Assembly (NCBI GenBank): GCA_977017645.1
Contig: OZ360232.1
Coordinates: 92,628,001 to 92,692,000, forward strand
Direction of reading: 5' to 3'
DNA from: Torpedo marmorata
Lineage: Eukaryota
DNA: 64,000 nucleotides
Below are positions 13,030 to 25,556 of the stretch, in pieces. The notes under the pieces were generated by a model that saw only the letters and a list, made by a program, of their open reading frames with translations, was not told the DNA's origin and made no database searches. Position 1 is the first letter of the stretch, and each line of letters starts with the position of its first letter. The position numbers were made by a program, and so were the translations under genes.

Positions 13030-13442
13030 TGAGTGGAGCGTTTGGGTGCATGAAGAAGCGGAGTGCGGCAGGAACTCGCTGAACACGGACTGTTAGCTCG
13101 GCATCAGTTCTCACTATCGACATCGTCGTGAAATGGACTTTTGAATATGTTGGCAATATGTTTTACAATCAGGACAACTGCACAACTCGAATTATATCGA
13201 TATTTTAAACTCCGTCCCTACTTCTTAGGTTAAAAAAGTAATTGTCAATTTTCCGTTAAAAAACATTGGAGAGCAAAACAATGCAGGCTTCAGGCGAGTT
13301 GGCTCGTACCCGCGAAGCATCGGGTGGGTCGATAAAACCGGATCTCTCGTGTTAATACTTTTTAAAAAGAAATCGTAAGTTGCGGTTTCGCTTTATTTGG
13401 CAGAATTTTTAAAAGTCACCTTCTTCTTAAACATTGTTTCAG

Positions 13443-13506
13443 GAACTAAGTGGAGAAAAGACCAATAACGGGATCCATTACAGATTACAGCTGCTCTATA
13501 GTAATG
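13443..13506 (+). CDS. ebf1: EBF1-like coding exon 3 (64 nt)
   Basis: Acceptor TGTTTCAG|G. Encodes ELSGEKTNNGIHYRLQLLYSN(G). Donor ATG|GTAAGC. Frame is continuous with exon 2. Confidence 0.95.
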
Positions 13507-14163
13507 GTAAGCTGCGCCGCTGACAGTTGTGCTAACTTCCAACACCCCAGCAATGATTGCGGGATTTCATCACCCCACTCCGGTCATCTCTGCTTCCGAT
13601 CATTTTCTCCCGTCTCGTTTATATACACCATTCTATTTGTTAGATGTATTTTACTGCCTGTGAACTTCACGCTGTTTAAAGTCTCCCTCCCTCCCTGTCT
13701 TTCTCCCTCGCTGTTTTCCTCTCTCTCTCTCCCACTCTCTCTCTCTCCCCCCCCCCCCCTCCCCTCTCTCTACACGGTACAGACTCTATTCACATCTGCC
13801 GCCCGGCGTTCTTCAAAACATTTCCAAAGTAGCCGGAGTTTTAGTTGTTTGATTTGCAAACCAGAATCGCAGAGTACAAAACGCAGTTTGCATCAGTAAA
13901 ATGTTTCTAATATTTATTCCCAATAACCTCCTTGATCCGCTTTTAAATAACCCCCTTTCCACATTTGTTTCACCAAATTGAAGTTCGCTCACAAACCTCA
14001 CCGACCGATCGTCGCTGACTCTTCAGCGACCCTGGTTTTCGCAGATCTGATTGAAGCGAAGAAAAGCAAATAAATTGAGAGTGCTGTTATCACGGTTTTA
14101 AATGCTTGCACTAAGATTTTTAAGTTAAAGCTGACAGTTTTCAATTTATATTCTCATAATCAG

Positions 14164-14219
14164 GAATCAGAACCGAACAGGATTTGTACGTCCGACTCAT
14201 AGACTCGATGACGAAACAG
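14164..14219 (+). CDS. ebf1: EBF1-like coding exon 4 (56 nt)
   Basis: Acceptor AATCAG|G. Encodes (G)IRTEQDLYVRLIDSMTKQ. Donor CAG|GTCAGC. Confidence 0.95.
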
Positions 14220-17200
14220 GTCAGCGGATCTTTAATGCTTTCTGCAAGGGTTTTAAAAAAAAATATTCAGAACTGTTTTTTTTAAAAACTGAACAAATTG
14301 TAATGGTGCCCGGAGGGTGTGATTCAGGTCCTGCAAATGTGGCGCGGCTGTTGTGGAGAATGTGGAGTTTGAAATAGGAACTAAGTTACAGTTAGAATGA
14401 TCCCGCCACAAAGCAGCGGTGCTTTGTGAAGGGAAAATTAGAAAGGGTTTTAGTGGGAGTTGGACTCTTGCATGTTGCTGACACGAAACCAAAATAAAAC
14501 AGTAGTTGTAGAAACCTCCACCGCGGACACTGGGGATATGGAGGTGTTGACGGGAGGGATTGGAAGCGGAGAGAGGGGCTGATGGCCACCCATATTCCGA
14601 AAGGCGGAAGAGCGAAAAAGGCGCCCCGATCATTGCAGACTGGCTGGGTCGCTGTGCAGATGTTCACAGCGAACAGGTTTAATGTGTCAAAACTTTGGCG
14701 GCAGTGGCGTCTTGTGATGTGTTTTGTCTTCCTGACGAGTGAGGTGGATCTCTGGCTCTTACAGCTGGTGGTGGGCAGGACGGTTTAAAAGTTGCGTGAA
14801 CCCCTGGGTACCCAGACAGTTCTCCAGTTCTACACAGGGCTCTCTGGCCATGTTTACTTACAGAATTTTCCCCCGGTTAAGCAGCTAGTCCGGTATCGTA
14901 CACAGCCTGCCCGCTGGACCAGATACTCCCCTTTGCGTTAATCCGCTTCCAAGCACATATTATTACATATTCTCTAAATAAATTTCAGATTCACACGAGG
15001 TTAACGCGTCCGTTAGTTCCAACGTATTCCATTGGCGTGAAGACCAAGTTAATTCCAATGTTTCTTATTTGTGAATAAAATAACTATGATCCGATGTTTG
15101 AAGGTCGTTGTGCACCAAACTTTAATAGAACACCAGAACTCACGACACGGAATTTATACAATATTTAACCGCTCTCCAAACTCATGAACTCTTTGGTCAA
15201 TTTCAAGGAAGTTATAAATCCACACTATTTTAGGGAAAAGGCGGGTTACTGTGCAGCGATAAATGCATAATGTCTTTGTCTGAAACGTTGATCTTTGCTT
15301 TGCGCCACGTTTCGTTTTTAATGTGCGGCGTTTCCTGTCCAAGTACAAACCCTAACATCAACAGGCACTTCTTGTTATGAAAATGTCTCAGCAATTTTTT
15401 TAAATATTCTTTCTTAACGTCGCTACTGAGGAGAGCCAGGGCTAAGGGAAGGAGTCAACTGTAATCTGAGAAACAATGTGGAATTTCAGTAAGAAATAAT
15501 AAGAATTCACACAAGCCGCGTTTTAACAACGCAGAGCTTTAATACGTGTGCATAACATCACAATTCATGTAATATCTCTGCTAAAATAGCATACACATTA
15601 ATCACAATTAAACCCAATTATATATCTTGGCGTGCGGAAATCTAGACACAGCTATGTATTTATATATTATACGGTTATATTAATGATAGAATGGAATAAC
15701 GTCAGATGAACTTTTTGACAATCTAGCTACTCAAAATAACCTGTTGTGATCTTTCTGGTCCATTCCTAGCCTATTTATTACATATAACATTTTTTTTAAA
15801 ATAACTCCCACCGCCCGTCTTCCCATCTTCACCACCACGATGGCACCCCGTAGCTTGACCTACCCCAAAATATCACAGCGGCGGTTGCTTTATATAATGT
15901 TTGAAGGATATCCCTTTGGTGCATTTCTCTACACAGAAGGACAGGATATATTCTGAATAAAGCAGTGATTTCTGTGTGACGGTCTCTTCGATTTTAAAGG
16001 TTGAGGGGCCATTTAGTCCCGCGGCAGTGTTTGACCTCTGAGATTCTGATTATCCCAACGCATCAAACTCCTGATGCCCCACCTGCACTGTTTTGTTTTA
16101 AAAATCCTTGCTTTTAAGTTCATCTCTCTCTCTCACACACACACACTCCCCCTCCCTTCAATGCACACACTACCACACTCACCAATTTTAAAACATTTCA
16201 GGTGTGTGTGTGGGTTGCATTCTACACAAATCTATCAGACCGAGAAATATTCTAAATGCCCGATTCGCAAGCTCTGACGGTATGTGTAATAGAAGAATAA
16301 TTATCTGAATGCATTAAAAATAAATGAAGTTTTTTAAAAATTCAGATCGCACCTCTGATCAAACACATTACTTTCAAGGGGTTTTATTCCCATCGCTAGA
16401 TTTAATACTTTTTTTTGTTAAATCATTTATTAATATGCCTTTTCAATTTAGTCAGTTTGTACATATATTGCGAATCGCACGGAAAGACGCTGTTTATATT
16501 TTTTCTTTAGCTTCTGTTGTTGGTTTCTCTTCGATGTTTGCAAGGGAAAGAGGTTAAGCTTTCACACGAAAACAGAGCTTGCGGAAACAACAATAAACAG
16601 ACGAGCAGTTGGGGTGGCATTTTGATCGCATTTCACCATCTGTCGGCGAGTAGCTCTCCAAATCTGCCGCCCTATTTCTCTTCATCTTTGTCTTGAGGCC
16701 CACGGTCTAACGTGTTCTCTCTTTACCCCCTGCCCCCCACCCCCTCCAACTCATTTCCCAAAGACACTCGCTGATCGCTTGTGGGTTGTATAATTTTGGT
16801 TGAATTGCAACGTTAAATTACCTTTTTTTCTGACCTGCATTGAAAAGTAAACTATATAGGCACAGTAGGCGCTGTATGCTAACACTGGCATTTGTGAAAC
16901 GTGTCAGGGCATAGTATGTCAAGGGAAATTTTTTGCAAATGTGGAAATTAACATGAAATTAGCGAGCCGTGTAATGAGCATTCTATATTGGATTTCCATT
17001 TTGGTCCATTATTTATAGTGATGTAAGTAATTTCGAAAATATACGAGGTTGTATATGGTGTATCACAGGGTAACTGTAAAGACCAGGAATTGTTCAATAA
17101 TTATGCAGAGTTCCAATGAGTTCATCTATTGTGTCCACATTATTCATAATTTGCTACAACCGTAGTGCTTTACACAACATAACGGTTTATGAAAATGATT

Positions 17201-18544
17201 TACATTTTGTTTCCTTTTCCTCAGACAATTGTCTCGATTTGCATCTTTGCAGTTAACTTGCTTTTATAAATAGCAGTCTGACTCCACCGGACTAACTCCT
17301 TTATTCTTGTAACACTTGATAAATCCCTGCAACAACCATGTATGTATGAAAGGTTTTGAGCTTTCCCCCCCCCCACCCACCCCGGCGTTGAGTTGCTATA
17401 CAGCCGTCGGCAGTGGTCAGTAGGTGGAGTGTTTTTGAGTGTTTTGATTGGCATCGAAGGAAGTTGAATAAATACCAACCTTAAATACGTACATTATCGG
17501 CCAAGTTTTTGGAACTATTCACCGGAATGCCTTAACATTATAGACAACTATTGCAAGGCACCATCCTTTGCGCATGAAGGACTCGCCTGCTTTGCAAAAT
17601 CCCCAAATCACGGTACAATCTGGCCCGATTGTAAATGCACACTCTTCAAAACCATCTCCAGGGGTAGAATTGGAATTCTAATATATATTTTTCTCTCGAG
17701 TAACATCGATGGAAGTTTCTTAGTTTGAACTAACAAAACACGAGATATTTCCCCTCTCTGCAGTAAATGTGAAAGTAAAAATAAATAACTAATCCAAATT
17801 TAAAAGAAAAAAATGGTCAACTGACATTAAAATGTGCAGAGCATTTTCTAGAAAAATGCAGTTAAATGTCTCAAGATTATATTTTAATTTGCCATCACAC
17901 TTTCATAACTTTGATTGAAATTCAATTAAATCACACTTTAAGTATGATTAGAGATTACCAGTAAACACAATCTTAACTACAGGAATAAACATTAATACAG
18001 AACTTAGATATGAATAAACACCCCAAAGAAAATGTAAACCAGTAAAGCAATTGATGTTGTTCAGTTTTGTAATAATTGTTTGCAAGAATATATTACTGCT
18101 TTAAAGAATACATTGTTCAATGTGTTCTTTCAGGCAGGCAATGTTGCATTGGGCTGATATTTGGTGATTAAATATTTGTATGTTGCCTTGTGATCTTATT
18201 TATTATGTTCCAATAAATTTGTGCCAGTCACAAAAAACTAATATTTTTTTCTCTGATGGCTAGTGGTTTGATTCAGAGAACATGTACCTTGCTGTTGATA
18301 CGGTCTTTATCGAAAGGATAGCTTTGGAATTCAAACATCTTGTTACATGACATGTGCTAGTGCTGTAGTTAGACAAGGAACTGGATAATGCAGAGAATGA
18401 AACTTATGCATTGGTAGTTTGGGAATTTAAATTGTTCTTTTTACAAACAATACCTCTTGTGTTGTTACTAAATCAAACTCTTTAAATTCTGCCATTTCAG
18501 GAGAGAAATGTGCCTTCCTTACTCTGGTGACTCCAGTGTGAAGC

Positions 18545-18665
18545 CAGTGTTACTCACTTTAAATTGCTCTCCATAGTGGCCTAGCAAGCCATTCACTCAT
18601 ATCAGTCAGGGCAATTAGTGATCGGTAAACACTCATCTTGCCTGTGATGGCAATATCCCAAGACA
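18545..18665 (+). mobile_element. Old CR1-type 3' tail remnant just upstream of exon 5
   Basis: GGCCTAGCAAGCCA..GGGCAATTAGTGATCGG..CTTGCC..GATGGCAATATCCCA resembles a 3'UTR tail I recall from old chondrichthyan CR1 families. Heavily diverged. Confidence 0.45.
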
Positions 18666-18690
18666 ATAATAATAGAAGTCTGAGGCGTGA

Positions 18691-18813
<123 letters not shown>

Positions 18814-20924
18814 TAAGAGCTGTTGTAAAAGCTACAGGCCGACCAGATACTCGTTCAATGTTTAAAGGACTTCTACTTTGACCTGTCATTTATATTTTGT
18901 GCCTCCTTGTATAAAAGTAGTATTGCAAGCAGCAATATTTTTACCATTTCACCAACTTCCACCTCTCTGCGCTCCATATTAATCCTTGTTGGTCTTAGTC
19001 ACAGTGGTTTTCCTTTTGTGTTCATTAAATTCTGAAATATCAAAGCTGTTTTCTTTTTCATAACATTGACTCTCAAAAGCACAATTGCCGCAATTTAAAA
19101 TGAGTTTAAAAAGTGTTTGGTTTTTTAAACAATCTCTAATATTTGATGTGCCTTAATTTCACAAACTGTTTGTGTCCAAAATGAAGCTGTTTTAGATTTT
19201 ATTGAACAGCAGGTATGCAGTTTTATTTTCTGGGCACCTGGGAAATCATAGCAACAAACATTGCAATTAGAAAATCTCTGCAAAATGAGAATGTCTAACT
19301 GTTCTGCTTCCCCTGCTTCCTCGTGTGCTGGTGATAAACTTTCATGGGCCCTGTAAGCTTGTCTGTTTTTCAAATGTGTGAGCATTTCTTCACATGTGCA
19401 AGCCTCGACTTTCACTGTTTGTGGTCATTTGATTGTAGAGATGCAGTGAAGGACGACACTTGTATCAGCTGGAAAATTCTTGAGCTGGAGTTACCGAATA
19501 TTGACGGACCAGGAAACCTGGCTGTTATTCTTTTCCCTCCTTAACCCCTGTGGCACTGAGGCCATTCTATGTTGCTCCCTGGCAAACTTAGAACAGAACG
19601 GGAGTTGGACATGAGACGTTCTAGTCTTGATTTTACTATTTGGTTTGGAAGATTTGTGAGATTTAACAAACTATTCTATCTGACTAATAAAATTTATCTC
19701 ATTATAACAAATACAGGGATTAAAAAAAAAACTCCTGTTATAATAAATGTTTCTCAAGCTCCCAGCTGACTGCAGTAAAGGCTGTGGTGTCCAAACCCTG
19801 TTAAGACAAACTCTGCTGCAAGAGAAAGGAATTTATTTCAAACTAGTCCCACAGCATCGTTCTCTTACTAAGTTTTCAACTGCGTAATGACAACTACACA
19901 GCTGTAATTATTTTAGCAGTCGCAGGAAGTGGACAGTGCCGTCAAAAAATTCCCACATGTGGTTCCAGCACAGACATAAATGTCAGAAAAGCACAGCAGT
20001 CTGTTTTGAGGGAATAACATTAGCAAAGCAACTCTGTGTCCTAGTAACAAGGCCTTCTCTTCCACCACCCCACCCCCCCCCCTCCACCCCCACCCCTCTC
20101 ACACCCAAATTCTTATTCCTTTTCAGAGGAAAAGCCTGCATCAGAATCTATTCTGTTTAGGCTGAAATACTGATCTTGATGTAGTCACAACACAGCAAGG
20201 AGCCCTGTCCTAGAAATTGTCCTTGTTCCAAATTGCAATGTATGTCACTTAAAATAGATGAAAAATGTTTGCATTTATATGGTGCATGAAAATGTCTTGA
20301 AGTTGTTCTCACAGTGAATTTATTGTTGAAATGCAGCAACTGTTGTGTGCAGGTTTTAATCTAATATTTGTGCAGGCATACACAGCATATGCCAATGTTT
20401 AGCTATTACTTCAGGTTAGATCTCTTTCTTGACCCATCTTGGCAGAGGTAGATGCCTACGCAGGGTAACAGTTGGGGCTGTCATATTTTGCCACTGGATT
20501 AGAGAGCAAGGACTCCCATAACTGATCACCCTAAGATATTGCCTTTGGTGGAAAAAGTACCCAGCCACTTTGGAGATTGACCCCAGTTCTACACCTTTAG
20601 GAGGCACAGAGTGAAAATCCCAAGCCTTCTAATATTCATTAAGTCATCTCATTCAGATGCTCTGTCCTAGAGCATAGAAACAGACCCTTCAGTCCATCGT
20701 CCATGCTGACAATAAGGCACTATCCACACTGATCCCATTTAACTTGTTTTTACTTTTTTATGTGCCACAGTTAGCTGAAAGTCTGGCATTGTACTTAACA
20801 ATTGTTTCATTGTTACATTTTTGCTTAATGCACATTGTATTTAAATTATTATACTTGACAGGCACAGTGTAATCCTGATGACCCATGAGTTGAAATCATT
20901 CATGGTCTTTGTGATTAATAAATG

Positions 20925-21575
20925 GTTCAATGGGTAAATGTTAACTTGTAGGTTGAGTCGATACTAAGGAAGGCAAATGCACTGTTAGCATTCATTTTGA
21001 GAGGACCAGTATATAAAACAAAGATGCAATGCTGGGGCTTGGTCAGATCACATTTGGAGAATTGTGAGCAGATTTGGGCCCCGTATCTAAGGAAGGATGT
21101 GCTGGTGTTGGAGAGGGTCCAGAGGAGGTTTATGAGAATGATCTCTGGCATAAGAGGGTTAACATATGAGGAGCATTTGATGGCTCTGGACCTGTACTCA
21201 CTGGAGTTTAGAAGGATGATAGGGGAATCTCATCGAAACATATAGAATACTGAAAGGCACTGGAGAGAGTAGATGTGGAGATGATGTTTCCTGTAGTGGG
21301 AGAGTCTAGGACCAGATGGCACAGCCTCAGAATTAAAGATCATCCCTTTAGAACAGAGCTGAGGAAAATTTCTTCAGCCAGAGGGTGGTGAATCTGTGGA
21401 AATCGTTGCCACAGATGGCTGTGGATGCCAAGTTATTGGGTAGATTTAAAGCAGAGGTTGATAGGTTCTTGATCAGTAAGGGCATCGAACGTTATGGGGA
21501 GAAGCCAGGTCAATGCAGTTGAGAGGAAAAATACATCAGCCACGATTCAAATGGCGGAGCAGGCTCAATGCTACT
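20925..21575 (+). mobile_element. CR1 LINE 3' fragment
   Basis: LVRSHLENCEQIWAPYLRKDVLVLERVQRRFMRMI...YSLEFRR followed by the CR1 3'UTR. Confidence 0.9.
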
Positions 21576-21709
21576 CCTGTTCCCAACATCTGCAGATTTT
21601 CTTGCTTACCTCCTATTTCAGTGTGCCATGGCTATGAAATTACAGTGGAAAATGTTTATAATAAGTCTTCTTACCTTGAAAGTTAAGATTTCCAAAATAG
21701 TCACAAGTG

Positions 21710-21990
21710 GTAATAATGATAATGATCATGAATTTATTGTCATACACATGGTACAATGTATATATGCACTGAAATTCTTACTTGCAGCAGCTGAACAAGT
21801 ACTAAGTTTAAAAACAAATGACTGCAATAGTATGCATTAAATCATTGCATGGACATTGATAATAAATAGAACAGATAGATAGATAAATATTCACAGTCAC
21901 AGTGGTGCATGAAAAAGGTGGTGTGGCAGTCGTGCAGACTGGCCTTTTTGTGGTGGTGGAGTAGTTTACGATACGGGTTGTAAGGGAGTG
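21710..21990 (-). mobile_element. Rex1-type 3'UTR tail
   Basis: AATGATAATGA..TTTATTGTCATACAC..GAAATTCTTACTTGCAGCAGC is the reverse complement of the tail at 48790-48870. Confidence 0.65.
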
Positions 21991-22418
21991 AATGTTTTTT
22001 ATAAATCTATTGCAGTGCGGGGGTTGGGGGTGTTGATGATGTACTTCACAAGGTGCTTGCTGTCCTAGAGGAGGAGCCGCATGGCCATATGTGGGCTATA
22101 CAAGATACAATTCTCCAAGCACACATCCATGCCTCACTAGAAATCTGTGCCACCCAGATTCCCTTGGGGCTAGTTCAAGCTTTAGAAATTAACTGGACAT
22201 TGGGCTGTGTCGCAGTTAAAAATTGTTTCCCTCACCTAACTTGTGCTGGTTTAACCAATACCACACAAGTGTTTACAGTCTTTATAGTTAGGATAATCAG
22301 TAAATAGATAAACTAAATCAAACCTTCATGCACAATGGAAATGATGTACAACAATGAAGGATTTTTCTAATGCATCATTGTATGTGGTCAGGACATTCAA
22401 ATGTGCTTTACTGTCTGT

Positions 22419-22770
22419 ACATAGAAACATAGAAAACAGGAGCAGGAGAAGGCCATTCAGCCCTTCGTGCCTGCTCCACCATTCAATTCGATCATGGCTG
22501 ATCGTACAACCTCAGTCCCCTATTCCTGCTTTCTCTCCATACTCGTGATCCCTTGAACCAATAGGGCCACATTCAACTCCCTTTTGAATATATCCAACAA
22601 ACTGGCCTCAACAACCTTCTGTGTTCGGGAGTTTCGCAACTTCACAACTCTGAGTGAAGAAGTTTCTTCACATCTCAGTTCTAAATAGCTCACTCCTTAT
22701 CCTGAGACTGTGACCCCTTGTTCCAGACTTCCCCAATGTCGGGAACATTCTTCCTGCATCTCCCTGTCTA
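22419..22770 (-). mobile_element. CR1 LINE 3' end
   Basis: (ACATAGAA)n tail, AGGCCATTCAGCCC hairpin region and typical CR1 3' sequence. Confidence 0.85.
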
Positions 22771-22862
22771 TCCACAGTACCTCTGAAAGGATAGAACTGT
22801 TATGTGGATTAACACAGAGCCAAGTTGAGGATAGCAAAGACAGACAAGTGAAAACTTCATGA

Positions 22863-23147
22863 NNNNNNNNNNNNNNNNNNNNNNNNNNNNNNNNNNNNNN
22901 NNNNNNNNNNNNNNNNNNNNNNNNNNNNNNNNNNNNNNNNNNNNNNNNNNNNNNNNNNNNNNNNNNNNNNNNNNNNNNNNNNNNNNNNNNNNNNNNNNNN
23001 NNNNNNNNNNNNNNNNNNNNNNNNNNNNNNNNNNNNNNNNNNNNNNNNNNNNNNNNNNNNNNNNNNNNNNNNNNNNNNNNNNNNNNNNNNNNNNNNNNNN
23101 NNNNNNNNNNNNNNNNNNNNNNNNNNNNNNNNNNNNNNNNNNNNNNN
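22863..23147. other. Assembly gap (285 N)
   Basis: Run of N characters. Confidence 1.
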
Positions 23148-23415
23148 CCTCCCTCCTCTTTTAAATCTCTATTAATTCCATAAAATCATGGATATAACAG
23201 TTCATTCACTATATACATTTACTGAGAAAAAGCAAAGAAAAGCATTATCACATGTTCCATTAATCCACCCATAACAGAGTATACATTACAGATAAATATC
23301 AATTTTTTTCTTTACAATTTAGTATTATAATACCAATAAATATAAAAATAACCAAGCCACAAAATAAGATAACATAATAATTTCATCATAATACATTTTA
23401 TAAAAGCTAAAGCAA
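23148..23415 (-). mobile_element. Possible degenerate L1 ORF2 C-terminal fragment abutting the gap
   Basis: AT-rich sequence whose minus strand ends ..FMELIEI-stop, loosely like fish L1 ORF2 ends. Weak support. Confidence 0.35.
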
Positions 23416-23416
23416 T

Positions 23417-23505
23417 CCCTCCCTTCTTTCCACCCTCCCTCCCTTCTTTCCTTCCTTTCTCCCTCCCTCCCTCCTTTCCTTCCTCCCTCCCTTCTTTCTT
23501 TCTTT
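23417..23505. repeat. (CCTT/CCCT/CTTT)n polypyrimidine simple repeat
   Basis: Directly visible. Confidence 0.9.
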
Positions 23506-23559
23506 CTATCCATTTAATTAGCTATCTATATATTTATTTATTTAATTAACACTGTTTAT

Positions 23560-23782
23560 TTTTTAAATTTATTTACAACACGGTAGAAGCTGATTGCCAC
23601 CCATGTAATCTGTGCCGCTCAACTACATCCAATTAACCGTCTGTTTTTGGAGGGTGGGAGGAAACTGGGTCACCCAGGGAAAACCCACGCAAGTGTTGGA
23701 GAGAACGTACAAACTCCTTACAAGCAGTACTGGACTGGAACCTGGGTCACTGGCACCATAATAGCTATGCTAACCGTGCTGC
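23560..23782 (-). mobile_element. tRNA-derived V-SINE (HE1-like)
   Basis: GGGAGGAAAC..GGAAAACCCACGC..GAGAACGTACAAACTCCTTACA is the reverse complement of the V-SINE core. Confidence 0.8.
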
Positions 23783-23875
23783 CAAAATATTGCTCTTTCG
23801 TGAGGAAAAATTGATGGGCAGAATGCAGAAGCGAACTTGTTTCCACTGGTACATGAGACTAGAACTAGGAGATAA

Positions 23876-24126
23876 TTTAAATTTAGACATACAGCACATT
23901 AACAGGCCCTTTCGGACCATGAGCCCGTGCCACCCAATTTACACCCAATTGACCTACAACCCAGGTATGTTTTGAGCGGTGGGAGGAAACCGGAGCTCCA
24001 GGAGGAAACCCACGTAGACACGGGGAGAATGTACAAACTCCTTACAGACAGCATGGGATTCAAACCCCCATCCCGATCGCTGGTGCTGTAACAGCATTGC
24101 GCTAACCACTACTCTAACCGTGCCGC
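23876..24126 (-). mobile_element. V-SINE inserted into a CR1 fragment
   Basis: Full V-domain, B-box (GGGATTCAAACCC on the + strand) and A-box region. CR1 sequence continues on both sides (about 23800-23875 and 24130-24425). Confidence 0.85.
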
Positions 24127-24129
24127 GAT

Positions 24130-24425
24130 AGATTCTCAAGATCTGGGGAGAGTAGATTTAGGAAAGAGATGAGAAGGAACTGACTCTCCCAGAGAGTAGT
24201 GAATCTGTGGAATTCTCTGCCTAAGGAAGCAATCGAGGCTGCCTCATTAAATATATTTAAGACACAGATGGTTAGACTTTTGCATAGTAGAAGAATTAAG
24301 GGTTATGGGGAACAGGCAGGTAGGTAGAGATGAGTGCACGGCCAGATCCGCCATGATCTTATTGAATGGTGGAGCACGCTCGACGGGCCAAAGTTGCCAA
24401 CTCCTGCTCCTATTTTTTATGTTCT
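24130..24425 (+). mobile_element. CR1 LINE 3' end
   Basis: CCAGAGAGTAGTGAATCTGTGGAATTCTCTGCC..CTCCTGCTCCTAT..TATGTTCT tail. Confidence 0.85.
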
Positions 24426-25089
24426 TTAGATAGGCCAATCTTTTTAAGCCAAGGGAGTGGCAGTAGAGCAGGATGGGGGTAAAGGGTTTCCAGGAAGCAG
24501 GAGTTCAACAGTACAGGAAGAGGATGGAAAGGGGAGATCCATAAGGTACGGAAGAATCAAGACGGCATCGGGAGAAAAATATGGGAGAAAGAGGCCATTG
24601 TGGAGGTAGAGTGGAATGAGGCTGGCGGACTGTGGAGGGGCTTTATATGGCATTCTCTGCCCAATGTTTTAAAAGTGAAGTTAACCCATTTAAAATAAAT
24701 GGGTCAATGCCTTTGTAAAAATAGCAGGCAGTGGAATGTCATATCACAGCAGGTACTGTGTTTGAAAGCACTTATCATTGTAATGGTGTCCCTCTTTTTG
24801 TATTAAATGTCCTATTCTGCTGCAAGAATAGTTAATTGAAGAAAGAAGTTCAAAGGGAGGTGGATAAATATCTGGCTGAAATACTGATCAATTTGGGTTT
24901 TTGGTGTGTACTGAGTTAGCCTTGAGACAGGCCTGCCCAGAATGACAGCTAGTGTGGTTCCATTAACCTCAGTGTCCCTGGACCAAGAGGGCAAAATAAA
25001 CTGACTGGGGTGCCTAATAATTGTGTTTAACATTGAACCCTGATGGCAATACTTGGCCATATAAATAAGGTGAGGGGTGGGTGGGGAGG

Positions 25090-25556
25090 GTGTGTGTGCG
25101 TGTGTGTGTGTATGCACGTCTGTGTATGTTCATGTGTGTGTGTGTGTGTGTGCTTGTGTATGCACATGAGTGTTTCTATGTGTGTGTGTATCACGTCTGT
25201 GTGTGTTTATGTGTGTGTGTGTGTTTGTGTGTGTGCATGCCTGCACGTGTGTAAGCACGAGTGTATGTGTGTGTGTATGCATGGCTGTGTGTGTGTGTGT
25301 GTGTGTGTATGCACGTGTATGTGTTTGAGTGCGTGTATGCACATGTGTGAGTGTGTGTATATGCATGTGTGTGTATATGCACATGATTGTGTATGTATGC
25401 ACATCTGTGTGTGTATGTGTGTGTATATGCACATTGTGTGTGTATGCATGTGTATATCTGGGTGTTTGTGTACACGTGTTTGTGTATGCATGTGTGTATA
25501 TCTGGGTGTTTGTGTATGCTTGTGTGTGTGTGTGTTTGATTATACATGTGCGCATG
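25090..25556. repeat. Degenerate (TG)n/(TGCA/TGTA) microsatellite
   Basis: Directly visible. Source of the spurious His/Thr and Cys/Val ORFs. Confidence 0.95.

Noticed and set aside
22859-23164. 101-aa ORF
   Set aside because: It spans the N gap and is an artefact.
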